From assembly GCA_965237895.1 (NCBI GenBank), contig CBDEGR010000001.1, positions 25,253 to 89,252 on the forward strand: a stretch of 64,000 nucleotides of DNA. The letters run 5' to 3'. This stretch comes from Terriglobia bacterium. Its GTDB lineage: Bacteria; Acidobacteriota; Terriglobia; UBA7540; JAPUME01. Under the pieces are notes generated by a model, which searched no databases, was not told the DNA's origin, and saw nothing but the letters and a program-made list of their open reading frames with translations. Positions 56,064 through 64,000 of this stretch are shown piece by piece (position 1 is the stretch's first letter; every line of letters starts with the position of its first letter). The translations under genes were made by a program, and so were the position numbers.

Positions 56064-57056
56064 ATGATCGAGCATCTCCATGATCGAGAAAAGAAGCTGG
56101 AGCCGTTCGGCTGGAGGGGCCGCGAGGCGGAATGGATCGCGCTGGTCTGTCTCCATAGCGGCGTATTCACGAGGGCGCAATTCTGCTTCTACTTTGAGGG
56201 GTCTGAGAAGGAAATCGAAGCACCCGCCGGGCGGAAGCGGGCCGAGCGGTTCGTTCGCGCCCTGATCGAGAAAAAGATGGGCGTGGAGGACGACCGGGCC
56301 ATCTTTCCCGGCGGAGCGAGGGCCTGCCGGATATCCAACAAAGAGATTTACCGCAAGCTGGGAATTGAGAACGTCCGGCACCGCCGGGAGGCGGATGATT
56401 CCGTCATGCTCCGGCGGCTGCTCTCGCTCGACTACGTTCTGGAACACCCGGAGCTTCCCTGGCTTCCCACTGAGCAAGAAAAGGTCGCTTTCTTCGAGTT
56501 GTTTGGCATCGACCGCAAGCTTTTACCCTACCGGGTCTATCAGGGAGCCGTGGGGAAACAAACCCGCTACTTTGCCCTGAAACTTCCCATCGCGGTCGCT
56601 GCCAAAACCGCCACTTTTGTCTACGTCGATCCGGGCAAAGATACCGACACCGAACTGCGCTCCTGGGGCGCGGCGCACGAGTGGCTTTGGAGGGCCTTGC
56701 GGGGGAAAGGTATCCAGGTTCGTGCCGTCGTAATTGGAGCGGATCATACCGCCACAAGGCGGTCCAAGGCGGCGCTCCAGAGCTGGAGCAAGGGAGCGAG
56801 TGAGCAAGGCGTGCATAAAGCGGCAGGTCCGACCCAGGATGACCCGCCGGTGAAGGCCGAAATGCAGTACATCGAGAACGCTCTTGTCAAGTTGGACACG
56901 GCGATCGTTGCGAAGTACGGCGGGGTTAAGGGAATCTCAAAACGGTTGATCGAATTGAAAACACTTCCCAGGTCGAAGGGCGCAACCGGAGTCTCGATCG
57001 ACAGCTACGAGACGTGGGTTTCACGTCGTTTGAGGATGCCGGATGCAGACCTATGA
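56064..57056 (+). CDS. Replication-relaxation-like wHTH protein (intact paralog of 44514..44966)
   Basis: LEPFGWRGREAEWIALVCLHSGVFTRAQFCFYF..AERFVRALIEKKMG... Embedded between virB8 and the coupling protein. Confidence 0.5.
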   Translation: MIEHLHDREKKLEPFGWRGREAEWIALVCLHSGVFTRAQFCFYFEGSEKEIEAPAGRKRAERFVRALIEKKMGVEDDRAIFPGGARACRISNKEIYRKLGIENVRHRREADDSVMLRRLLSLDYVLEHPELPWLPTEQEKVAFFELFGIDRKLLPYRVYQGAVGKQTRYFALKLPIAVAAKTATFVYVDPGKDTDTELRSWGAAHEWLWRALRGKGIQVRAVVIGADHTATRRSKAALQSWSKGASEQGVHKAAGPTQDDPPVKAEMQYIENALVKLDTAIVAKYGGVKGISKRLIELKTLPRSKGATGVSIDSYETWVSRRLRMPDADL

Positions 57057-57141
57057 AACACACAAATGGAGTCCCCATAAGCGGTGCCATACAGGACTGT
57101 TTTTGTTGCGCCCCGTGCACGATGCCCGTGCCGATCCAGAA

Positions 57142-57384
57142 TGTCACACGCTCAGAGGGGGGGGTGTGACACGATTCGGCGAGTCGGTGTGACATGACTC
57201 ATTTTTCTATCTCGTTGTCCCACTGCAGCATGCCTGCAATAGCCCGGCCAGCCCGTGCCGCACCAGCGGAGAAGGGCAGGACGGGAGCGACCCCCCCCTT
57301 TTTGCCGCTGTATCGGCACGCGGGGAGGGGGGTGTGACAGGAGGTGTGACATCGCCCACCCCCCTCTTCAGGGGTCGCTCCCGT
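57142..57384. promoter_or_regulatory. Structured repeat region upstream of the coupling-protein gene (candidate oriT or operator)
   Basis: Five copies of GTGTGACA: 57142-57149 inverted, then 57164-57171, 57187-57194, 57332-57339 and 57344-57351. A perfect 14-bp inverted repeat ACGGGAGCGACCCC (57281-57294) / GGGGTCGCTCCCGT (57371-57384) brackets the last two copies. Confidence 0.45.
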
Positions 57385-57455
57385 CTAATTTATCCCTGCG
57401 GGAAGGCTCCGGACACCGACCCCAAGCGGGCGCTGACGCGCCGGAGGCAAGCCCC

Positions 57456-59495
57456 ATGAAAATGCGCTATCCGATCCTGATCTCTGGCGGGCTGTGCTGC
57501 TCTGTATGGGGTTTCATCTACCGGCCCTTCCCCATGCCCGGCGACGATCCGGCGCTCGACCTGGTGCTCTATCACACCCCCAGCTTCTACGGCTGGATCG
57601 TTCGCTGGTACTACGCCGCCCCCGCCGTCGCCCTCATTGTCGGCGGGCTGTTTCTTATCACGGTCTGGCGGGTCTGGTTTGAGGACATGGGCGGCAGTCT
57701 GACCGCTCTCAAATTGCTGCCCCCCTGGCCCCTGTCTCCCGACAAAGACGCCGGGCCGGGAATCGTTGTTGGAGAGGTTCACCACCCGGTCAAAGCCGTC
57801 GAAATGCCGAACCCTTCCTGGCTCATTATCCCGGAGCGGGGCCTCTATACCGGAGTGGCCATCTTCGGAGCCGTGGGGTCCGGCAAGACCTCGGCCTGCA
57901 TGCACCCGTTCGCCCAGCAAATCTTGTCCTGGCAGGCGGGCAATCCCCAGCGCCGGGCGGCCGGCCTGATCCTGGAAGTCAAGGGCGACTTCTGCCATGA
58001 CATCCGGAGAATCCTGGCCGATGCGGGCCGTGAGGAAGACTACATCGAGCTGGGAATGGAGGGCGGTTGGCAGTGGAATCCACTCTCGACAAAGTGGCTC
58101 GATTCATACTCGCTGGCCTACACCATTTCCTCACTTTTGAATCAACTCTTCGGCAAGGGCAAGGAGCCTTTCTGGCAGCAGGCTTACACCAACCTGGTCC
58201 GCTGGATCATCGAACTCTACCGGGTCTTTCCCGGCCAATGGGTCACCTTGCGGCAGGTCTACCACTGCGCCATCGACAAGGAACTGTTTGCGGCCAAGAT
58301 CAAACAGGCCGAGGCGTTTGTCCGTGAGCTTCAACAGGGAACACTGGTTATTTCCACCAAGGATTACACGAGCAACGTGCTGGCGCTGGGCGACGGGAAC
58401 TGGCAAATGAACAAACAGGATGATACCTTTCAGGCATACCACTCTCCGTCGCTCGAATCCCAGCTCAAAGAACTCCAAATCGACTATCAGGTGCAGTGGA
58501 CCGAGAGCGTAAGGTCCTCAGAGATTCGGCAGCGAGTCGAAGCCGTCAATCGCTGGTATCAACACGACTGGCGGATGATCGACAACAAAATCCGGTCGAG
58601 CATCGTGGAAGGGATCTCCGTTTTCTTGTCCATGTTCGATCTGCCGGACGTTGCCCGGGTGTTCTGTCCACCACCGCCCCCGGAGAAGGCGGCGCCGCAG
58701 GGCGTCAAGGGGGAGCCACAGAAAGACGAACAGCCGGGACTGGGTACGAGAGTGCGCCAGAGCTTGCCGCCCCTCGATGAGTTGATCGAATCGGGCAAGG
58801 TGCTGGCGCTGAATATGCCCGCAGGCAGCAACCCGGCGCTGGCCCGAGCTGTAGGCGTCATGCTCAAAAACGCCTGGCTGCAATCACTCTTACGGCGACC
58901 GGCGCAGATGAAGGCGGCGCCGGAGCGATACTTCCGGCCCGCCGTTTTCATCTGCGACGAATACCAGGCCTTCGCATCGGTCGGTGAGGACGATCCCTCC
59001 GGAGACGAGAAATCCTTCGCCCTCACCCGGCAATGCCGCTGTATCCCGATCGTCGCGACACAATCTATTTCCTCGCTGCGGTCGGTGCTCGGCAGCTCGG
59101 AAGCCTGGCGCACCCTGCTTCAAACGCTCCGCACCCGGATATTCCTTTCCTTGAGCGACGACGCCAGTGCTCAAATCGCCTCGGCGCTCTGCGGACAGGT
59201 CGCCAAGATCAAACCCTCCTACACCATCACCGAGTCTGCCAAGCAAAGCGAGGTGTCAATGCTCTCCGCGCAAGCCGGAGGCGGCCAGGGCAGCGTAGGG
59301 GCCAGCAAATCCTTCCGCGAGCAACGCGAGGCGGTGTTTCAGCCCCGCGAGTTAGCCCTGCTCTCCAACTGCCAGGCCATCTGCCTGCCCTACGACGGCG
59401 CCCGGTCACTGCCGGCAACCCGCGTGTACCTCAAGCCTCACTACCTGCCCCGCACGCTTCCCTACTGGCGGGCGAAGGCCGAGGGGAAGCTATGA
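57456..59495 (+). CDS. virD4: VirD4/TraG-family type IV coupling protein
   Basis: Two N-terminal TM helices. Walker A GAVGSGKTSA. VFICDEYQ (Walker B region), ATQSISSL. Start ATG 57456 (MKMRYPIL). Confidence 0.9.
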   Translation: MKMRYPILISGGLCCSVWGFIYRPFPMPGDDPALDLVLYHTPSFYGWIVRWYYAAPAVALIVGGLFLITVWRVWFEDMGGSLTALKLLPPWPLSPDKDAGPGIVVGEVHHPVKAVEMPNPSWLIIPERGLYTGVAIFGAVGSGKTSACMHPFAQQILSWQAGNPQRRAAGLILEVKGDFCHDIRRILADAGREEDYIELGMEGGWQWNPLSTKWLDSYSLAYTISSLLNQLFGKGKEPFWQQAYTNLVRWIIELYRVFPGQWVTLRQVYHCAIDKELFAAKIKQAEAFVRELQQGTLVISTKDYTSNVLALGDGNWQMNKQDDTFQAYHSPSLESQLKELQIDYQVQWTESVRSSEIRQRVEAVNRWYQHDWRMIDNKIRSSIVEGISVFLSMFDLPDVARVFCPPPPPEKAAPQGVKGEPQKDEQPGLGTRVRQSLPPLDELIESGKVLALNMPAGSNPALARAVGVMLKNAWLQSLLRRPAQMKAAPERYFRPAVFICDEYQAFASVGEDDPSGDEKSFALTRQCRCIPIVATQSISSLRSVLGSSEAWRTLLQTLRTRIFLSLSDDASAQIASALCGQVAKIKPSYTITESAKQSEVSMLSAQAGGGQGSVGASKSFREQREAVFQPRELALLSNCQAICLPYDGARSLPATRVYLKPHYLPRTLPYWRAKAEGKL

Positions 59496-60451
59496 GCGAC
59501 GGCCTGGAACTACTCAAGCCGTTCCTGCCCGGCCTGGAGGAAGTTCTGGAGGACCCGGAAGTGAGCGAGATCATGATCAACGGCCCGCACAACGTATGGA
59601 TCGAAGGACATGGGAAACTCTATTCCCACGAGGCCCCACTGCTGACCGCCTCAGCTCTGAATCGGGCGGCTATCCATATCGCGCGGCCGCTCGGCCTGGA
59701 CCCGGCCACGGCTCCCATTGTCGATGCTCGCCTGGAAGACGGATCGCGTGTGGCGATCTGCGTTCCGCCGGCGAGCCCGAAGGTAGCGATCACCGTGCGG
59801 CGCTTTGGTAAACGGGCATTCTCGGCGGCGGACCTGGTCGAACAAGGCGCACTTCCCGAAAACGTGCGGAGCGAAGCCGAGCGGGTGCTGTACTCCCGGC
59901 GCAACATCCTGGTTTCGGGCGGGACCGGATCGGGCAAGACCACGCTACTGAATGCGCTCATCGAATTGCTTCCCGATGACGAGCGCATCGTCGCCATCGA
60001 GGACACTTTGGAGCTTCGCATCGAGCACTCCAATTGCGTCCGCTTCGAGGCTCGCGGACTGGCAACAGGAGCCGTGACGATCCGGGACCTGGTACGCCAT
60101 GCCTTGCGTCACCGCCCGGATCACATCGTGGTGGGCGAGGTGCGCGGCGGGGAAGCCGCCGATCTGCTACAGGCCCTCAACACCGGCCACGGCGGCTCGC
60201 TCACCACCGTGCACGCCAACAACGCCGAGAGCGCCTTGTCACGGCTCGCCAGTTGCGCCATGCAGGGAGGCGGGGAGCTGCCCTGGGAGGTCACCTGCCG
60301 GGGCGTGGTGGACGGCATTGCGATGGTGATTCACATGACGCGCCGGGAGGGACGGCGCTTCGTGGAGGAGGCCTTGCGCGTCAAGGGTTATGACGCGCCA
60401 CGGAACCGCTGGCTCATTGAGCCGATCTGGGGAGGACACGATGAGGGATGA
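59492..60451 (+). CDS. virB11: VirB11-family T4SS ATPase
   Basis: SEIMINGP, Walker A VSGGTGSGKTTLLNAL, RIVAIEDT, IVVGEVRGGEA, TGHGGSLTTVHA. ATGA overlap with virD4. Confidence 0.95.
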   Translation: MSDGLELLKPFLPGLEEVLEDPEVSEIMINGPHNVWIEGHGKLYSHEAPLLTASALNRAAIHIARPLGLDPATAPIVDARLEDGSRVAICVPPASPKVAITVRRFGKRAFSAADLVEQGALPENVRSEAERVLYSRRNILVSGGTGSGKTTLLNALIELLPDDERIVAIEDTLELRIEHSNCVRFEARGLATGAVTIRDLVRHALRHRPDHIVVGEVRGGEAADLLQALNTGHGGSLTTVHANNAESALSRLASCAMQGGGELPWEVTCRGVVDGIAMVIHMTRREGRRFVEEALRVKGYDAPRNRWLIEPIWGGHDEG

Positions 60452-60635
60452 AGAAAAAATCATACGGGTGAAAACCTTCAAGGACTTCGAGCGAGAACTC
60501 GGCCGGTACGGTGACGAGACACTGGAAGTCCCGGCCTGGATCGCCGAGCAATACCACCGGCGAGTGGGACTAACGACACAATCGCAACGGATTCTCCGCG
60601 CGGAGTTCTCCCTGGTGGTTTTGTATGGAGAGTAG
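60441..60635 (+). CDS. Small hypothetical protein
   Basis: 64-aa ORF overlapping the virB11 stop. No motif. Confidence 0.4.
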   Translation: MRDEEKIIRVKTFKDFERELGRYGDETLEVPAWIAEQYHRRVGLTTQSQRILRAEFSLVVLYGE

Positions 60636-60642
60636 GGAGGGA

Positions 60643-60858
60643 ATGATGAGCCTTGACACAGAAGCAACGGATGCCCCGATCACGGTGAAGGCCGCAGCCT
60701 ACTTCTTGGGTGTCAGCCCCTCCCTGGTGTATGCTTATGTCGAGCGAAAGCAGATTCCCCATTACCGCATGATGGGCCGCTCGATCCGCTTCCGATTGTC
60801 GGAGCTGGCCGAGTGGCGTCAACAATTTCATGTCAATGGAGGAATCGATGAACAATAG
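60643..60858 (+). CDS. xis: Excisionase/AlpA-type (MerR-like) HTH DNA-binding protein
   Basis: ITVKAAAYFLGVSPSLVYAYVERKQIPHYRMMGRSIRFRLSELAEW. GGGAGGGA SD before ATG 60643. Confidence 0.75.
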   Translation: MMSLDTEATDAPITVKAAAYFLGVSPSLVYAYVERKQIPHYRMMGRSIRFRLSELAEWRQQFHVNGGIDEQ

Positions 60859-62011
60859 AAGAGGAAGACCGAAGATCCAGGGGGGGAGCATCTTCCAACG
60901 CAAGGGTTCCGCGTTTTGGTGGATGCGCTACCGGGACCGAGAAGGAAAGCTTCAGAGGGAATCAACAGGAACCGCAGATGAACAAGCAGCAAACCGCCTT
61001 CTGCGAGACCGGTTGGATGCCAGGGACGAGGGAAGGTTACCAGCCATTCTGGCCGGCAAGAAACTAACCTTTAACCAATGGGCTGATTGGTTTCTGGAAA
61101 GACGTTCCAAGCCTCCATTCCGCTCGGAAAAGACACACGCGGAAAATATCAATGCCCTCAAGTTTCTGCGGCCGGCATTCGGTGAAAGTCCCCTAAAGGA
61201 AATTATCGCAGACGCGATTGAGGATTACATCGCTCGGCGCTTGTGCTCAGGAAGGAGGGTACGCACGAAGTTCGGAACCCGGCTTGTGGGAAAGCTCAAG
61301 CCGGCAACCGTGCACCAGGAATTCCGCATTTTGAAGCGGATTCTGAATGTCGCGGTGAAGAAGAAATGTTTGGATACGAACCCCTGTAGTGCGGTTGAAT
61401 TCCCGGTTCCATTACGGAACGCAACCAGAAAGCCTCACTACATGACGGCAAGCGAGCAACAGCGGATTGAGTTTTCTGCACCCGATTACCTGCGTAACGC
61501 TATCGTCATTCTCACTGAGACGGGGCTCCGTCCCTACAAGGAGCTGATGCCCATGAAGAAATTGCAGGTGAATATGGAAAACCGTGTGGTTTATATCCCG
61601 GACTCCAAGACTGCAAACGGGATCGGTGAGATGCCGATTTCGGATTTGGCATACAGGGCGTTCCAAGCACAGATCGAAGCGACGCCAGCAAGCGAATATC
61701 TGTTCCCGACGCCACGCGCAAAATCCAGCAGGCCCTACATCAGATCACTGAAGAATATTTGGGCCGCGACACTGCGGCGTGCTGGCGTGCCGCATTTCCC
61801 GCTATACGAGTTGCGCCACACGTTTGCGACCCGGCTCAGTGCCGGGGGGGTGGCGGATCATTTCGTGACGCAGATGCTGCGCCAGGGAGACGCGGCGGTG
61901 TTCAAGCGCTACAGCCAGGCGAAGCTCAACATGATGCGAGAGGCATTGACCAAGCTCGACCGCCAGGCTAACGAACATCGACGGATTTCGAGCACAGCAA
62001 GGCCGACCTGA
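60848..62011 (+). CDS. int: Tyrosine recombinase/integrase (intact)
   Basis: TGLRPYKEL (Arg I), [15 protein letters not shown] (H-x-x-R), MLRQGDAAVFKRYSQ (catalytic Tyr). Two TTTTGGCACAG direct repeats immediately follow the stop. Confidence 0.9.
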   Translation: MNNRRGRPKIQGGSIFQRKGSAFWWMRYRDREGKLQRESTGTADEQAANRLLRDRLDARDEGRLPAILAGKKLTFNQWADWFLERRSKPPFRSEKTHAENINALKFLRPAFGESPLKEIIADAIEDYIARRLCSGRRVRTKFGTRLVGKLKPATVHQEFRILKRILNVAVKKKCLDTNPCSAVEFPVPLRNATRKPHYMTASEQQRIEFSAPDYLRNAIVILTETGLRPYKELMPMKKLQVNMENRVVYIPDSKTANGIGEMPISDLAYRAFQAQIEATPASEYLFPTPRAKSSRPYIRSLKNIWAATLRRAGVPHFPLYELRHTFATRLSAGGVADHFVTQMLRQGDAAVFKRYSQAKLNMMREALTKLDRQANEHRRISSTARPT

Positions 62012-62123
62012 ACGATTTTTGGCACAGTTTTGGCACAGTTTGAGGCCAACAGGTCGATTTTTCAAGCGCCATGGAAATAGGGTTTGTTGAGGCTGAAGGA
62101 GTTAGGTGTTAGGATGAACGTAC

Positions 62124-62200
62124 GACCCAGTAGCTCAGCAGGATAGAGCGACTGCCTCCTAAGCAGTAGGCCCCCGGTTCGAATCCGGGCTGGGTCACCA
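62124..62200 (+). tRNA. tRNA-Arg (anticodon CCT), CCA encoded
   Basis: Acceptor stem GACCCAG/CTGGGTC. D arm TAGCTCAGCAGGATAGAGCG. Anticodon stem ACTGC/GCAGT with loop CTCCTAA. T arm CCCGGTTCGAATCCGGG. ACCA end. Confidence 0.9.
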
Positions 62201-62313
62201 TTCTTTTCAACAATTTACGTTCCCCATGGAAAGTAGAATTGACCTTACTGTAGTGAATATTGTAGTGCATCCCCAACTCTTTTCGCAATCTTTAGCATCT
62301 CCGTCAGCCTGAA

Positions 62314-62743
62314 TTATTCCAGCTTCCCAACCGCCTCACGCTTGTGCTCCTCCGCGGGATGAACGTATCGCATGGTCATCTGAATACTGGTATGGCCGAG
62401 TAGAGCCGCCAAGGTAGGCAGGTCTATGCCCGCCATTGCTGCACGACTGGCAAAGGTATGGCGCAGATTATAAAGCCTGAAGTGCTCTCGGCTCCGGCCA
62501 CTCCTGGCCCTCCATCGCTAAGATGCTGGAAGAGTCGGCTTGGGAATCGCCCACCGAGCCGTTCAGGGCCTTTCCAAAAACCCCTCCTGCTAGGTCCCAG
62601 AACACCGCCCGTAACTCACTGAGAAACCTACGGCCATTTCGGGCCACACTTCTTTCCAGAAACATATGTTTTTCGATGACCCGCGTTGACTTTCCCTCGG
62701 GTGCAGAATAGGATAATCCCATCCATTTAGGATTGCTCCTCAT
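62314..62743 (-). pseudogene. Tyrosine-integrase remnant (C-terminal catalytic segment intact, upstream part frameshifted/truncated)
   Basis: Hand translation ending at stop 62316-62314: REHFRLYNLRHTFASRAAMAGIDLPTLAALLGHTSIQMTMRYVHPAEEHKREAVGKLE. Further upstream the reading moves to ORF 62468..62743 (..GKSTRVIEKH..). Confidence 0.7.
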
Positions 62744-62794
62744 GATTGGGAAGAAGATTTGGTGAATCCATCGGCTGTCGGAGCGCAGGTGCGA

Positions 62795-63568
62795 ATGTAC
62801 AACACGGTGAAGCAGAAACTGATGGAAGGCAAGCCCGTGATTGGCGGCACCATTACAATGTCAGACCCGAACATCTATTGCGCCATGGCCAACGCCGGTT
62901 TCGATTTCCTCTGGATCGAGATGCAGCACAGCCCGTTGACCTATAACGACGTGGCCAAGATGATCTGGGCCTGTAAGGACGCTCCGGCCATTCCTTTCAT
63001 TCGCGTGCCGGACGCCACCGAAGGCGACATCCAGAAAGCGACAGACATCGGCGCTCTGGGTATCGTCGTTCCCATGGTTCACACCGTCGAAAAGGCTCAG
63101 GATGCCGTCAAGTATGCGAAGTACCCGCCCTTGGGGCGTCGCAGCCGGGGCGGTGGTCAATACGGTGCGCTGTGGGGGAGGGATTACCGTGAGACCTTCA
63201 ACGACAACGTCATGATCGTCATCATGATTGAATCGCCCGACGGCGTTGCGATCGTGGATCAGATCGCCGCGGTTCCGGGCGTCGACGTGATCTTCGCCGC
63301 CAGCGGCGACCTGGGCAGCTTCACAGGATGGGAACGGAGCGACCCAAGGTACAAGGCGTTGGTTACCAAAATCCACGACGCGACTCTAAAAGCCGGCAAG
63401 AAGCTGGGTGGTCCTTCGGCTTGGGATGACCGCCACGGATTCAGTTTCTTCCAGGGCCCTAGCGAAGCGGGCCTCATCAAATCGGGAGCGCAGCTTGTGC
63501 TGGCCCCCGCTCAGGGTCCCGGCGGTGAGCAGGACCGTGATGTCGCTACCGGGGATGAACCAAAATAG
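62795..63568 (+). CDS. HpcH/HpaI-family aldolase
   Basis: KPVIGGTITMSDPNIYCAMANAGFDFLWIEMQHSP, IPFIRVP, GIVVPMV, YPPLGRRS, IVIMIES, VDVIFAASGDL. Start chosen at ATG 62795. Confidence 0.8.
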   Translation: MYNTVKQKLMEGKPVIGGTITMSDPNIYCAMANAGFDFLWIEMQHSPLTYNDVAKMIWACKDAPAIPFIRVPDATEGDIQKATDIGALGIVVPMVHTVEKAQDAVKYAKYPPLGRRSRGGGQYGALWGRDYRETFNDNVMIVIMIESPDGVAIVDQIAAVPGVDVIFAASGDLGSFTGWERSDPRYKALVTKIHDATLKAGKKLGGPSAWDDRHGFSFFQGPSEAGLIKSGAQLVLAPAQGPGGEQDRDVATGDEPK

Positions 63569-63769
63569 GGTTCTTGCCCGCGTAAGACGAATCCTGTGTG
63601 TTGATCGGCTTGAGACTGAGCCAGCCGCTTCCCCTCTAAGTGATTGAAAGCCGTAGGGCGGGAACCCGAAGAATGCAACAGAACACCTATTCCGTTGCGT
63701 TCATTCCCCACTTGATGACTTGCCCCACGGTGGGGCTTAGGATAGTCACAGGGGAGGGAAGGTTTCCCA

Positions 63770-64000
63770 ATGAACGATTTCTTATCACCAGACCTCCTCA
63801 AGTTTTTCCTACCCCTCGTTGGAGGAATCCTTGCCTGGTTTGTGAATGAAGGAAGGCGGCGGTCTTGGGAGGAGTCCCAGCGCAAAGAGGAACACTACAA
63901 ATTATTGCTTCGCACCCTTCAAGGATTCTACGTTGCCACGCAGGATCGTGCACCCAAGGAGGCTTTTCTCGAACAGGTAAATCTATGCTGGCTGTACTGT
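63770..64000 (+). CDS. Hypothetical membrane protein, 5' part (runs off window)
   Basis: GGAGGGAAGG before ATG 63770. MNDFLSPDLLKFFLPLVGGILAWFV (TM), open to the window end. Confidence 0.4.
   Translation, partial: MNDFLSPDLLKFFLPLVGGILAWFVNEGRRRSWEESQRKEEHYKLLLRTLQGFYVATQDRAPKEAFLEQVNLCWLYC

Noticed and set aside
57152-57352. 66-aa minus-strand ORF in the gap before virD4
   Set aside because: It lies entirely inside the repeat-rich region and is Pro/Arg/Gly-rich with no SD. The repeats explain the open frame better than coding does.

Overview
No database or profile search was run. All calls come from reading the supplied translations and the raw sequence, and many start codons are my own choice. 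The window is high-GC by eye. CarboxypepD_reg-type TonB receptors and dense Ser/Thr-kinase/FHA content suggest an Acidobacteriota- or Myxococcota-like soil bacterium, but that is inference only. Nearly all of it is accessory DNA stitched together by insertion sequences and integrase remnants.

Left to right:
- 1-4.9 kb: partial TonB-dependent receptor, a complete IS1380-family element and an outer-membrane beta-barrel protein.
- 5.2-9.2 kb: a frameshifted 1.35-kaa type IIG restriction-modification fusion.
- 9.4-18.5 kb: a visibly lower-GC junkyard. It holds a 102-bp IS3 miniature, an integrase stub, IS6, a Doc-like stub, IS1, an XRE-ImmA fusion with an unknown partner, a secreted DUF1524-type nuclease operon, a broken Sel1 gene, IS3 debris and an orphan HEPN gene.
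- 18.8-20.0 kb: an MltD-like lytic transglycosylase.
- 20.3-31.4 kb: the standout. This is an 11-kb, nine-gene cluster with four FHA domains, two PP2C phosphatases, one Hanks kinase with MORN repeats, a vWA protein on an ExbD-like anchor, and a MotA/ExbB-type proton channel. It also has a thermolysin (M4) protease fused to a cytoplasmic FHA domain, a phosphatase carrying a protease pro-peptide, and a Ser-less trypsin-like module. IS3 ends face inward on both sides.
- 31.5-32.8 kb: a complete IS3.
- 33-44 kb: a decayed lower-GC island. It has a frameshifted integrase, a HEPN-Zn-ribbon protein, a Dam + HNH type II R-M pair, paralogous mini-ORFs and a run of nucleases.
- 44.5-62.0 kb: a VirB/D4-type conjugative element (ArdC, VirB2/3/4/9/10/5-like/6/8, T4CP, VirB11, Xis, Int). 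No canonical relaxase is visible. It abuts tRNA-Arg(CCT).
- 62.3-64.0 kb: a second integrase stub, an HpcH-family aldolase and a partial ORF.

No CRISPR array or rRNA was seen.
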